Below are positions 24,269 through 38,370 of a stretch of DNA of 38,592 nucleotides, in pieces. Numbering within the stretch: the stretch's first letter is position 1; the number at the start of each line of letters is the position of its first letter. The translations under genes were made by a program, and so were the position numbers. The notes under the pieces were generated by a model. That model saw only the letters and a program-made list of their open reading frames with translations. It had not been told where the DNA came from and did not search any database. Origin of the DNA: Sphaeroforma arctica JP610 (taxonomy: Eukaryota). The DNA is taken from positions 56,262-94,853 of the forward strand of contig NW_014040446.1 of the NCBI RefSeq assembly GCF_001186125.1, given 5' to 3'.

Positions 24269-25397
24269 GGTTACTCACATTATAGCTGTCTACCACTGTA
24301 CCATGCAAGATCTGATGTCCCAGTTCTGATTTGGTTGCACTATGCCCCACGCACTCCTTTGCGTGCAATGGAGTATTGCCTTGTTATATACTCCCAGGAA
24401 CAAAAACTTGCCGTTTCGCCTGCTACTCTAAAGTGTGCGGGTAAACGGCATCAAGAAAGTACACAGTGATAATGAAAGAATTCGATGCCAACAGACATGC
24501 AGACCGTCATGAACCTGAAATTGAGTGTGATGTGCACGTAGAGTACTCGCTTAAACCTCCGCTTCAATCTGAGATACTCTCGTACCCGGCACCGGCACTT
24601 GATTTTAACTTAGCTGTCAATGTACTACTAGAGACTGTATGTATCTGCCGATACTACATCCGCTACATGGCAATATATACCATTATGTACACGCGTACAT
24701 AGGGGCTGCTCGTTAGTTACACATACATATATGTTTTAGGTAAATATATGTATATAAACGCTACATTAATACGTCTCCCACTCTCTCTACAACAGAGAGA
24801 GGCTCTATTTGATTATATTGTGAGAAATGTTAGCACACGAAAGTGTTGCTTTTTTAGCTTTAATTATTTGGCGCCTAAAGATCGGATCACCATATTAGGC
24901 ACTACTTACAATCACAACAAAGTTCACTCTTCCCAGACCCAGTTCCCATAGCCCAGGCCCCAGACGGCATTGCGTTAGTATGTGTTTACCATCAGTCCAT
25001 ACAGTTCTGAGTTCTCAAAGTGCCACAGATGCAGCTTTCCACAGAGAGGATATATTTTGGTACATACATCCGCTTTCCACAGCGAGAGGATATTATTTAG
25101 TACATACATGCCAACACATAATCAAGTATTTCCACACTAATACATACAGATCAGCATGTCCACAACACATACATAAACAGATAAAGCAAAACATAGCGAA
25201 GTCGCTTAATATAATATACGACTCGGTTCGAATAGTATGGACACTTGATTTATTATATACCAGAGAGTAGTGGTAGCGGGAGCTGAGTTACGTGTTCATT
25301 CAAGCCTAATTACTGAAGCGAATTAGATATAGGTAGGATAAGATCCTTCTTGAACCACCGATAGGAAGGTAGATACGCATAGACATACCGCGTTAAG
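24269..25397. promoter_or_regulatory. Intergenic region between divergent genes (candidate bidirectional promoter)
   Basis: Head-to-head start codons at 24268 (-) and 25398 (+). No specific motif identified. Confidence 0.4.
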
Positions 25398-28300
25398 ATG
25401 CGCATAAAAGCCCTTGTGGCACATCGGATGCTGCTAGTGCCCGTGACCGACCACTCACACACTTTCCAATGGTTACTTGACGAGTGCATACGCAGGGCAG
25501 GGAACCCAGAATCCCCCATACAGCACAGGGACCACACAGGAGATAGTGCAGATGCACAGGAAAGTGTTGACAATAGTGAATGGTGCTTGTATACCATAGA
25601 CGGGTATGAACTTTTTGCCTCAGATCGCGTGCTGGATGTGCTGGAGAAGGATGACGAGGTCATGGTTATGCGAAAGGGAGGGAAAGGTGGTGCCTTTGCA
25701 TCGGAAGGTATCATTCCGAATCTGTCAGATGATGGGGTATATGGTGCAGGTGTCAATTTAAACACATATCTGAATATGGGCACTGGTTTACCAGGACAGG
25801 ATTCAAATACAAGTACTAATACAAATATAGATGCAAATGCAAATGCAAATGCAAATGCAGGTGCAAATGTAAATACGAATTCGAATGGGATGCCCATCAA
25901 GCTACCGGGAGCTTCTGATGTGTTTTCGGGTCGTTTGCCCGACGTTAGGGGTAGTGCGGATCCTAGTTACATGCCTAATCTACCTCAACTGAATGGATCA
26001 AACATGACTGGTATGACGAATGGAAGCATACAGGGTGGTGTGAGTGGTTTAAGCGGCCGCCAGAGCCTGGGTAATATAGGTAATAATGTAAAATCGAATC
26101 ACTCTACAGTCTCAAACGATCCGGTGCACGCATATACTAGAAGCTCGATACATGAAAATGTAGCAGGGAACAGTACTTTCTTAGACACTCATAATACAGA
26201 AACGCCGAACATGAGTACGGGAGTAGATGCTTCGAAGGGTGAACTGTATAATGTTGAACAACTGATTTTGGATCTGCAGGGACAGGGCTATGAACTACCC
26301 GAGTCGGTGTGCGAGGTAGATAATAATCTGAACGAGTTGAGTTTGCCGGTACCCCCACAATCGCAGACACAGCCGCAACCGTACACCCATGCAAACGCAG
26401 CCGATACACATACAGGTGCGAACGGAGGTGGTCTCGTACCACCTGTACACAATGCCGGGAATGCCGGTAGAGCCAGCGATACCTATGGAACACCTCTGGG
26501 CAACTTACGCACACCTCTGAGCTCACAGCCGGTTATACACACCGGGCACGAAGCAACCCATAAAGATACGGATACTACCACTGCCGATATACCTCTTGCG
26601 GGCCCGAGTAGCGTCCACCCTAACGCACAGGCAAGTTAATTGCCCGTACACGCCACATTCTTTATAGTTGGTTTGTTGTTGTTGTATATATATATACACC
26701 CGTTGTTTGTTGCCAAAGTGATTATTTGCAGGGGTCGACGTATAGTAGGCTCAAGCCACGCTGAAAGGGTTGTTATCATTCTTTGCATCACAGCTGTGGT
26801 CTGTGCTCCATACATTTAAAACCCTATGACGGCTGCACTCTGCTCCAAGAACATGCTGCTTATTCGGCAGCCACTGCCTACAGACTAGGTTTTCATTAAT
26901 GGGCCGGGTTGTCTGTGCTCGTGCTCTGGCATGTGCTCAATCTATAAATAGATGCAACTATAAATAGATGCAACTATAAATAGATGCAATTATAAATAGA
27001 TACAACTATAAATAGATACAACTATAAACAGATGCAACACGTCATACACAAGTGCACTGACACGAAAACCTCAACTAGTGATAGCACGCCAAATACCGCC
27101 AGATTTCAGTTGCGCGATAGTTAAACACAACAATCTGCTGGGCTAGTGAATGATATCCATCCGTATTATTTTCCATGCGAATTCCAGTAGTGGACAGAGC
27201 TCGTACATTTATATATATATTTAAATATTTATATAGAGTTGGTCGTTATAGTTTGTATGTCAGATACGGCCACTGAAGCAAGTTCGCCCATATACGCGTC
27301 GAATCTATTTATCAATGTCTCTCACTGGTGTATATGATACAATGTACCAAGTATGTGTTGTTGTATATGCACATTCAAGTCAATAACAGCCATATTTGTA
27401 ACAACCGTAGCAGATACAACACATAATACAGGTCACATACTAGTTCACTCACATAGATACGTCACACACATACAGGATCGCCCAGGCCGATCAAGAAGGA
27501 AACCATTCAGGATTCTGCTGGTGAGGCACGGTGTCTCTACTGCGAATCTGGACCCCTCGGTGTACGAGTATACGCCGGACCACCGCATACCCCTGGCACC
27601 TGAGGGTAAAACAATGGCCAGGAAAGCCGGCGAGGCGATATCCAAGTACTTTTACGAAGGTTGGTGTACGCTTTCTGGGTTGCCTTTTGGACGTATCAGT
27701 GCGTTAACCAAGACCTGGTTGTTCCCTGTGTGGGGTGTATAGTCAGTCAGAACCCAGTACTGAGGCTCTTTGAGAGAGTTATTTTGCACACTTTTATATG
27801 ATATTCCTTCGTTGTTCGAAACAAGTACAGTATTTGCCATAGGGTGCGTGTTTCATACGGCATGCCTCAGGTCTTACGTCGGTGTCGTATCGCGTGTAGT
27901 GTACATTACCATCAAAGTCCCAGCTTAGGCTCCGCAGGAGTAGCAGCCCTGCAGACAAGCTCGTATTTGAGCACGCTTCTTCTATTGCTTTATAAAATAA
28001 CTGATCGCTGTACATGCACCACGTTAGACGATATACACGCACGTACTGGTTGCCAAGTACTGTGAAGAGTTTGTTTCGTGGTTGTGTTGTGGTTGATATG
28101 GGCCTATGCAGCGCGACTAGTACCTCTCGCCAACACCAGAAAACGTACTTGCAATCCCCAACCCCTACCTCCCTACTGGTTCGTTGCCGTAGTGAAGAGC
28201 GTATAGCGTATTCTGTCTTATTCGGGATTTGGCTTATCGGACTGTCCCTAACTATCTACATACGCGTGTACTGCATCCTATAGTGTATAAAGATCCCACG

Positions 28301-31300
28301 AATGCTGGACACATCCGCATGTGGCACAGCCCTTACTTACGAGCCGTTCAGACTGCAGAAGCTATCCGAGACAGTTGCGGTCAGTGGATCACAGATGCAC
28401 GCGAGAACCCTATGATCGCTGAGATTGATTACGGGCTGTTCGAGGGGAGGGGACGGACGTTTGCGCAAGATCTGGGGATGCAAAAGGAGGTGAGCAGCCG
28501 TGTGTGTGTAGCGTGTAGTGGTTAGTGTACATGGGACCCTGTGCAGTGTTATCACGCCCAGTACGTAACAGGCTTCAAGTTGAATCTGAGTATACTCTCT
28601 ATTGCGTTGATCACTTGACGCACTACAACTTTTTTGCAACGCACTCGAGCCCATTTTTAGGGTCTACTGAGATGTAAAATTTGCAAACTTAAATACCGAA
28701 ATCCAAGCCCGAATCCTTTTCCATCTGCTTGCTATGCTTGTAGCTATTGCACTTCAATATGCTTGTGATACACAAAGACTGACTTTTTTGGGATATACTC
28801 TGATCCTTTGACCCGAAAACCCGAAAACTAAGAATCCAAATCTTTGTGACTGTTTGCCCTGAACCCTTAAGCCTTACATGCACACCCATTGGCCTGGACA
28901 GCTGACTCACTACAATCCTCGTGCGATGCATTAGGAGTTACCAAATCGCGAAACTATGTAAAGCACAAAACCCTGAACCGAAATACTTTGTCCTTTCTCC
29001 ATTGGCTTGAACAGCTACAATCGGCGTACACACGCGATTTTTAGGAAGTAGTAAAATTGATTAAAACAAGCCAATTTTGAAGACATATTGAAACCTATAG
29101 GGCAAAGTTCCGAATTCCTAAATATCTAATGCAATAACATATCACCGCATTGGCTTGAACAGCTCACCCACTACAATCTGCGTGCGATGCATTCCGGGCG
29201 GTTTTGGGCCCGATTTCCTCTAGGAGAGTCGCCTTTCGATGTGTGCCAACGCGTGGCCATGTTCAACGGCACCATCGTCAGAGATCGTGATAACAGGGCA
29301 AACAATGTAAGTGTTTTGATTCTCAGAGGCTGTTGGTCAGATGAATACAAAGTGTATGCCAATGCCAAGTGAGTACTGTACTTCAAACACAATGGGAGTC
29401 ATCGTATCAGTGACCGAGAGTGTTTTGGGACACTTCCAGGGGACTTATCGGTTAGAAACGTAGTACTTTATGAAAGTGTATCGATTCTGAATGTTTACTT
29501 TCGTTTCAAACATCACGAGAATCGATGTGGAAAATCGTGACAACTTGGCAAACAATATATGCGAATGTTCTTGAAGTATGTTTTAGACATATATAAAGAA
29601 TCATTGTCGTATATCTATAGTATTTGCTCTGTTTCATAGGTAACGGTAGTCTCAGGAACAGTAGGTCAGGAGGTATCGGTGAGTTTCGGTGCATCTAGGT
29701 GTTCTTTTTGGCGCACGAATAATGTGAGCGAAGTTTCTAGCTGGCTGTTTGATTTGAAGCACGATTGAAGTATACGATACCTAAGACATTCGGTTTGAGA
29801 CGTCAAATATGTTTGGGGGTATCTATCATTTTCATACCCGTATGGCTATCTGATATTACCTTTTTTCGCACCCTGTAGAAACCGCCGATTGATACGATTA
29901 TCGTTGTGTCGCATGGCATCACCTTGCGAGTCTTCATGAAGATGTGGTGCCATCGATCGCTTGATTGGTAGGTACCTCATTCAAGATGGAGTATCATTTG
30001 TATATGCGCAGGCTGCCTCATATTCTTTGCGGCAATGCCAGTACGTGTGTACATTGCGTATTTCATATAGTATACACTTCACCACCCAAAGATTCTTTTT
30101 CTTCGTATAAAAAAGTGTACAGGGTCCAGTGTGCGATTGCCTGTCTATTCTAAAAGCTCGGACGTATTTACATTGTTATTGGTGAGTGACCATTGAGAAG
30201 TAATGCATGTAGTTATACGCGGGTTGGTCTACAGTGTTCACATTGTGATATGAGCGACGTTTCAGTAGAGGACTTCACCTACTCATTCCTACACTCAACT
30301 GCACAACTACCTACAGGTACGAGAACGAATGGAATGGTAACAATTGCTCTGTACGGTTGGTAACATCATCGGGCGATAATGGCTACATGTTTAACGGCTT
30401 CGATGCCCACGACTGTACTGTGGAGGCACCCGGGCCTTCTAGCTACTCCAAGTCTAGGGTAAGTATTTTATATAAGTACAATATTTTTCTGAGTATCGTG
30501 ATTAATTGGGAAGTTCTTTCAGTTTCTCTGAGGCTAAGGTAAGTAGAGCAGTTGTGAACTAGGTGCTTACTGCCTGTGAGTGGCTGTAGGGACTGGTTAA
30601 AACAGATAGTGTAAGATTGTACGGTGTTCTTGTTTCACTGATCATATCTGAGACATATATAACAGTTATCGTCGTTCTGTAAATCTGCTAATGTCCTGTT
30701 TGCTGTTACAACTCTATTTTGTGACATGCAATACTGACTACATACATCGAAAGTTTGCAACGTATTCTAAATATGAGTCTGTTTCCTATTTCTGAACAGA
30801 AGAATACGCCGTCGCTAATCCGACTTTCACTCGACCAATTGATCAATTTGTTATTTGTGCCGATATTGTCGCTCACCGATTTCAATAGTACACCTGAACT
30901 GGACTCAGTCCCCAAAGAACTTTCTCAAGATAGGCATAGGCTCCATTGTACTGAATGAGATGTCTTCGTCGCTTGTCTTCCTATAGTTGTATTGACTTTC
31001 ACACTCCAAACAGACCCAGACCGCTCAAAAGGAACTCAAGAAAAGGCAAGGGTCTATAGTGCTCAATAAAATCGACCTCCCCTCGTCACCCTCCCGTGGT
31101 CGGCGTGGAAGCTCCCAGCCCTCCAATTCGGTAGTACGCACAAGATCCCACGAGAAACAACTTAACAACGAGAGACAGCTCAACAGTATAGGTATGTGAA
31201 GCAGCTATAACAAAGGCTAGTAGATAGAACTCATGGTATAAGTAGGTAGAACAGCTCCTGAACATAGGCAGGTAGGTAGAATCCATGGTGCTGAGTATAA

Positions 31301-32208
31301 GAGCTCCATACTATAGGTGAATAGTATACATGGTACAAATAGGTAAAACAGCTCCCAAAAATAGTTCGGCAAATATGATCCATGGGACAACAGCCCCCGA
31401 AAAAAGATAGGCGAATATGACTTATGGCACAAGGAGGTGAAACACCTCGATAATGTAGGGAACCAAATAAGGGCAATGGTCCCAGGCCCAGGGGGTTAAA
31501 CGAAATCAATGGTACAAGTAGGTACGACAGCTCAATAGTGAGTTAGTTTGGCACCTTTGACATCGAGAGATATCTGAAGTTGTCATATAGCACAGCTTAA
31601 TAGTCGGTTCTTTGATTTACATACAAATCCACAGGATGAGCACCTTCATGTTTAACGAAGTTTGACTTGTGCTTGGCATTTTAGCACAAGTAGTAATCAC
31701 CCGAGTATTGGCCTGTTTACACAATCACGCGAACTTCTTCGTGTTATTTTGACTACAACCCAGTCTGCATTTTTGTGACATCCCGGTATTGTTACAGGGT
31801 GCTATCGCTCAAGTCGTATTGTATAATGCATGCTGTAAGTTGAATAGTCGATCCACAATGTAAATTATAGAAGTATGTATGTCGCCATCAACGGTCATAT
31901 CCTGCATCTAATCCTCCCCACAAACACAAATGCATGAACGGGCGCACGAAAAAAGTCGAGATACACATACCCTTCACGTTCTACCTTTCACATATTAGTT
32001 TTATGAACGCGTGCAAACCTAAGCCGTACTCTTTCTTGCCCACACAGTGGTGAATCAGGTCACCTCCTATCTCGAATCACACTCAGGGCACAGTGCTTCG
32101 GTCAATAGTGGCGGTCCTCTAGACAACATTTCGGAAGGCAACGATAACTCGGTACCAGAGACCCAACTAGAAAAGGAACTTGGAAGCTTGGGTATGCGAT
32201 ATCGATAA
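25398..32208 (+). CDS. Histidine phosphatase superfamily (phosphoglycerate mutase-like, Det1/At3g05170-like) protein with ubiquitin-like N-terminus, 8 exons
   Basis: LVRHG, SPYLRAVQTA, EIDYGLFEG, FWARFPLGESPFDVCQR, IIVVSHGITLRVF, NCSVRL motifs. Phase-consistent exons: 25398-26630, 27476-27659, 28284-28489, 29163-29306, 29879-29967, 30317-30458, 31014-31191, 32048-32208. Confidence 0.88.
26942..27037 (+). repeat. Intronic 16-bp minisatellite x6
   Basis: CTATAAATAGATGCAA units. Confidence 0.95.
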
Positions 32209-32385
32209 AAATGCACAGTTATAATAGTATATGTTTAAACAATACGTATAGGAACGTATATTTAAATATCTGTCCAGTTTGAATACGTTTATGTGTCGTT
32301 TCACAGGCTGAATATCTTGGTCAAGACATTTTTTCTTGCAGTCGTCCGCAATGAGGAATGCGCACATTCTTCAAAATTGTCAAAG

Positions 32386-32387
<2 letters not shown>

Positions 32388-32430
<43 letters not shown>

Positions 32431-32437
32431 TACTAAT

Positions 32438-32472
<35 letters not shown>
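32388..32472. repeat. (TA)n microsatellite
   Basis: Interrupted TA run abutting the gap. Confidence 0.95.
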
Positions 32473-32759
32473 NNNNNNNNNNNNNNNNNNNNNNNNNNNN
32501 NNNNNNNNNNNNNNNNNNNNNNNNNNNNNNNNNNNNNNNNNNNNNNNNNNNNNNNNNNNNNNNNNNNNNNNNNNNNNNNNNNNNNNNNNNNNNNNNNNNN
32601 NNNNNNNNNNNNNNNNNNNNNNNNNNNNNNNNNNNNNNNNNNNNNNNNNNNNNNNNNNNNNNNNNNNNNNNNNNNNNNNNNNNNNNNNNNNNNNNNNNNN
32701 NNNNNNNNNNNNNNNNNNNNNNNNNNNNNNNNNNNNNNNNNNNNNNNNNNNNNNNNNNN
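32473..32759. other. Assembly gap
   Basis: Run of N. Confidence 1.
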
Positions 32760-33677
32760 TGTTGTCTTTTATGCGTATATAAATACATACATAAATTCTT
32801 ACACAAATACAGCTACTTGGGATACGCGCACAGTAATCACAACCTCATCTCATGTTATTTAAACAGAGACTAGTGGGTCCGATTCTTCCAATGTACCAAT
32901 AGTATCACACTGGCGGTGCGCCCCCTATGTATAAACTAATCACATGTATTTTACATTCATTTCAGATCTAAATGCCTATTCCTCCGATAGAGTGGGCATC
33001 GTCATCGACGAGTTTTCGAACTCTAATTCCGAATTAAGCAGCGATACGGATGGCGTAATCCACGCCTACAGACGTGTCAAGTCGCATCAGGAAAGGGTAA
33101 GGCCAGGTTGTCGACGGTGTTGTGTTGGCTAACTTGGTCCATATAGTCACATGTGGGCAAGTGTCTATCGTTTCTCGGCATATACCAAACGCACTCTTTC
33201 TACTAGTAACGGACTGTGGTCCGAACACTTGGCCCATGGTTTTGTATGAGTTTCCCTACCATGCGGTGCCGAGGTCAATGTCCACGTAGGGAACCTTGGA
33301 CTGATACCTTACAGTATAGTTGAGTCATATCTGGCAATATGGAGTGAGACGTGATTTAAAGGCACGTTCTCGGAAGTTTCTTCCACTAAAGCACCATACT
33401 GATCAATTGATTTTTACTTCATCCACGCATATACGCATATTTATGTATATTATGCGCACATGCGCATATATATATATACATATATATATATACAGAAGAA
33501 TGGCAGTTCGCTTAATTGCGATTTACTCCTGGCTGCTTCCGAGATGATGCCGCCAGATTCGGATGTGGAGATCAGGTACGATGAGAGTGGACACCGGGAT
33601 AGAAATGACAGCGACTGAGGCTGCTCACCTAGCAATACGTCTATGCACACATGTTCATAGAGACAAAACGATTACAC

Positions 33678-33760
33678 ATGTCCAGAGAGTTGTAACTATG
33701 TTATAGTTACATACGAAGCATGTCCAGAGAGATATAACTATGTTATAGTTACATACGAAG
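33678..33760 (+). repeat. ~41-bp tandem duplication containing a short inverted repeat
   Basis: CATGTCCAGAGAG..(G/A)TAACTATGTTATAGTTACATACGAAG x2; TAACTAT...ATAGTTA hairpin. Confidence 0.85.
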
Positions 33761-35687
33761 CGAAGCGATGTAGCTAATACATGTCACATCTCGCAGATGT
33801 ATACTGAAATCGATGGTACGAGGCCCGTACAGTCTAACTGTTGTCGGTACACTAGATAGGCGGTGATAGCAAACTACCATGGCCTGAAAAGGACTGACAA
33901 TGGTCGGACATAGAGACACGCATTGCCGGCAGTACCACAGGCTGGGCATGGCATACACACAGCTACAAGTACGAGGACGTCGATACAAAGCAGTCTCTGC
34001 GACCGAGTCTCGAGACACGAGCGAACGTATCTTTCTATTCGGAGAAAGACATGGGGCAAACCGCAAACGAACGACTTAATGAATAGTACACAGAACACCA
34101 CGTATTCGATGAACATTACAGCCCATACCTACTGTGATGCACCTCAACAAACTGAGCAAAGGACCGTGCAGAGGAGACCTCTGGCCGGCAATTAATCATG
34201 TCTAGCACGATGATGCACCGACAAAAAGTGGACCGTTCCATGACGAGAGGAACCCAAGTGTAGGGTTCAAAGTCATGCTGGTGGAGGAACACACATCGCT
34301 CTAGTGACCGAGATTGCATACGCTGAGCATAAAATGACAATGCGGAGACAGATTACATTGCCAGTATCACGGTGATTTGAACGAGATGTCCCACCAACTT
34401 GACAGGGTCGCTGATAAGACTTGGTTTTGGTTTTTGCAACTCGTTTTGAAACGCGGCACTTTTGGGGCCCAGTACTGTGCCGGACATACATAGCTGAGAC
34501 CAGCATGCAGCAATCAGGCAATCAAGCATCGGATGCATGGCTCACATGTCACTGCGCGAGTGTTACCACAGCTTTTGCGAGACCCACAGGCCGAGGGGCA
34601 CTGTGCTTTGTCTCTGGGAGGGGTGATCACCGCGGGATATGGCCGGACGGTAGATTAGAGGTCGACAGCAATCGGTAGTGGACGCAAAGATATCTAGAAC
34701 TACAACGCAGAGACTGGGCACGCCTTGTGTTTCAGGGTGAAGAAAGGGCCTCGTATCCAATCTGAGGCATTTAACAGGGGTGTGGTTGAAGTCTTGCGGT
34801 GCTCATCAGGTGGCAAACAAGTGTTGCGCAAAATTAGGTACTTTCAAGTTTGCGAAACAGAGTTACAGAGGCCATCAACCGGACAGCTATATCAAAAGTT
34901 TATGATTGGAGATCTGAGACGCTGTAGGGGCTCTTTGGGATTAAATGGGAATGGATTGGACTTTGTCCTGCCTCCCTGTTCAAGAAGGTGACGTGGATCT
35001 ACCGGCATTTGGTCGAGTACAACGAAACGGAGACGAAACGGTGCGTACAAGAGATACTAAGGCCCCTGTGCAAGAGAACTATCGCTGTGATGATCTCTAA
35101 TCAACAGAAAAATACACCAGATGCTTTATGATACGAGCTAATGAAAAGCTAATGAAAAGCGCATGTGTATATCCCGATTATAACATCCGCTTCAGACATG
35201 GTTGCGTATGTTTTTATTTGGTCGCCAAGTGGAAGAGGTGGCGATGGCCCCAGTGCAAACCAGCCCTGTTTTACCCTGAATCCGTATGAATAAATCTTTT
35301 AGAGTTACACGTCTCGCCACCCACGTATAGTGTAATTGCCTAACTCTGGGACCTTGGTATATATGTCGTCCACAGACAGCTACATTGGCACATCTGTTCG
35401 AATGACGGCGTAGATGCACATGGTACTGCCTGTTGCAGACTATTTTGCCTTCGAGTCCATACGACTTGTACGGGATACTCGAAGACTCTTCGCCCAGACT
35501 CCTTTCCATGACTTCGTTAATAGACCAAGTCCACCAAGTAAATATAAAATATACACGCCTGCATTCTTTGCACGTAACATTTCGAAGTCTGGACAACCCT
35601 TTTCTAAGCATGCCGAGCGCCCAGACAGGATTCGGGTTTCTTCGGTTCACTTGTATTACTGGCCATCTGAAGCTTTGGCATGGGAAA

Positions 35688-35955
35688 ACTTCCCTACAAT
35701 CACCCTGTACTTGTTTTCAATAGTGAGTGGGCCGACCGCCCGATTATTTTAATGCCTTTCCTACCTTCACTCTTTACTCGTTTTAACTAGAGTGAGTGGA
35801 ATCAGCACATAGTTACTTTAAAAGCTTTCCTACCATCACTCTATACTTGTTTGTAATAGTGAGTGGGTACACCACTCAATTACTTTAATGACTTTCCTAC
35901 CATCACTTTATACTTGATTTAAATAGTAAGTGGAATCCACACACACTTACTTTAA
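35688..35955 (+). repeat. ~67-bp diverged minisatellite x4
   Basis: CTTTCCTACCATCACT.TATACTTG....AATAGTGAGTGG...TTACTTTAA units. Confidence 0.85.
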
Positions 35956-36954
35956 ATCCGCTCATCTTCCCCTACAAACTCGCAGTAACTGGGATGATAA
36001 AACACTACATTCACACCGGTAGTAATTGCATCATAGGGATAACTTAACATGCCAGCCGTGCTCCTCACAGCTATTACGTATGTATCATTGCAACAGGTGA
36101 AATGCAGTGTTCGTGCGTGAGCCGTGTGATCTTTCACATAGCAAACCTTAAGCGCCAACATATAATGTTCCACTGAAGGCGGATTCAGTGATCCGTTGAG
36201 GTCAAAACAAATCTCATCCGATCGAATTAGAACGCAATTCACATCACTTCACTGATTACCTACTACACTGAAGATTCCATCACTCCTTAGTCCTTGCCAA
36301 CGTCACGCATCTAGCGTTGGCGCCACCAACATTGAGGTGTGTTGAAAGCACAACCGCCCCAAGTGTGCCACAGTCCCACACCGCTACGCCTCTCGGGTCT
36401 GGACTTCCAACTAGAGCGCCTCGTGTTTGAATACGTGCATGCGGTCCTTATTGCCCACGTCACCCGTTCCCATGACGACCAAAGCTCCTGCTGCACCATA
36501 CGCAACACCTTCCTAGTCGTCTCTGGCCTGGGCCCTGGCGAAAGAGTGCGTCGGTGGGTATAGTACGCGTGTGCTGTATCTGAGTGGGACACATGTTCAC
36601 ACAGCTCATCTTCTGTGGCTGCCCAGTGCGTGTGTTATTCGTGGGAGAGAAGCGAGAAACGACTACGCGGCCAGACGCTCACACTCTCCCGTCAGTCCAC
36701 CAACACCCGCATGCAGTGGTAACATACCAAACTGTATACGCACACGGGTGTGTTGCTATGGGAACATAGCAACCACAAGCACCAAGTGAGTGTGGTTGCT
36801 TCTGCTTCATACCGTGCGTGCTGGATTTGAAACAGTGAGCGCCCTTGAGCTCTGGTGGGTTTCACCACAGCGATTGACTTCATATGTGCTTGGCATAGTC
36901 AATCGCAGGCACTAAGTGTATAAAAAAAAAACGGGTATTCCGTAGTTTCCATTC

Positions 36955-37660
36955 GACCTGTACATAAGATATGTATAGGTATCTCGTTACTCTACCAAGT
37001 CTTCGGTCTCTCCGTGTACATAAAATGTACACGGGCATATGTCTACGCTAACAATGCTCCACTCCCCACGTATACATAATATATGCACAGGGATCTCGGG
37101 ACACCATCAAGTCTCAGCTATCTACCTATGTGTAACATGTGCCAAAGCATCGATACTGTACCAAGTCTCAGTAATCAAACCTATGTATAACATATACATA
37201 GGCATCTCGATACTATTCCAAGTCTCAGCTACGTACCTATCTATAACATAGGCATACCAATACTTTTCCAAGTCTCAGTTATGTACCTACGTATAATATA
37301 TACATAGGCATCTCAATACTATTCCAAGTCTCAATTATGTACCTATGTATAGCAAATACATAGGTCTCCTAATACTATTCCAAGTCTCAGTTATCTACCG
37401 CCATGTCTTCATTCTCGACATGTATATAACATGTCCACCGGCAGCTCTATACTCCATCCAGTCGCAGTTGTCCACGTATACATGATACATGATACATGTA
37501 TAGGCCTCTCTAATACTGTACCAAGTCTTACTTATCTACCTATGTATATCATATACATAGGCCACTCGATACTGTACTAAGTCATACTAATCGACCTATG
37601 TATAACATATACATCGGCCACTCGATACTGTACCAAGTCTCCGTTGGCCACGCGTACAGG
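36955..37660 (+). repeat. ~60-bp diverged minisatellite
   Basis: Recurrent GGCATCTCGATACT.T.CCAAGTCTCAG.TATCTACCTATGTATAACATATACATA. Confidence 0.85.
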
Positions 37661-37979
37661 ACCATTTACATACACGGGATCTATGCTCAGTTATCCATCC
37701 TAAGACGCGAGGTGAATGACCACTCCGCAGAGCCTTCTCAGCCACTCCTGCAGGCGACACTGTGCGAGGGCTCCCTTGGTCACGTCTTGATTGACTTTGT
37801 CTGGAGGTTGAGGGGGTTGACCATCCTGAACGCAGCTGTGGCATAGGGTACATGCATGATTTAGTGGGCTGTCAGTTGTCACAGACACCACGAGCTTTGG
37901 CAGATACTGGAGGAAGACCCACCCATGAGTGTGGGGTACCTTGCAGGTGGCGGGCACCGATAGATGCATCTCAAACGTA

Positions 37980-38087
37980 TTGGGTTATGTGCGAATAGAA
38001 TGGATTGGTTCAGGATTGGGTTTTGTGAGAATATAATAGATTGGTTCAGGCTTAGGTTTTGTGAGAATAGAATGGACTGGTTCAGGC
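37980..38087 (+). repeat. 36-bp minisatellite x3
   Basis: GGTTTTGTGAGAATAGAATGGA(T/C)TGGTTCAGG units. Confidence 0.85.
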
Positions 38088-38370
38088 ATAAATCAATATT
38101 CACTTCTCGCACCGTCAATCCGGTTCTAACTAATGTATAGGACTCAGTCAAGTCCCAAAATATTGGCGTCGAGTGGTAAAATAAAGCTTAGTCTTGGTCC
38201 ATGCACCTCATACGAACATCCTCCATGTACTGGTACCAACTTGGAGTCTACCGGCAACCTGTTGCTATGTTCGAATAGTCCCACGAGATGCACACGCACA
38301 CAATGTGTTCGTAGCACCGGACTATACTGGACTGGGGGTGTTTGGCTGGACAGCTGAGCTAAAACTCGTG

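Noticed and set aside
31210..31540. Short degenerate GGTACAAGTAGGTA..ACAGCTC repeats and the overlapping minus-strand ORFs
   Set aside because: Intronic low-level repeats with no coding or structural support.
32336..32873. ORFs with YIYI repeats and X runs
   Set aside because: Artefacts of the (TA)n tract and the N gap.
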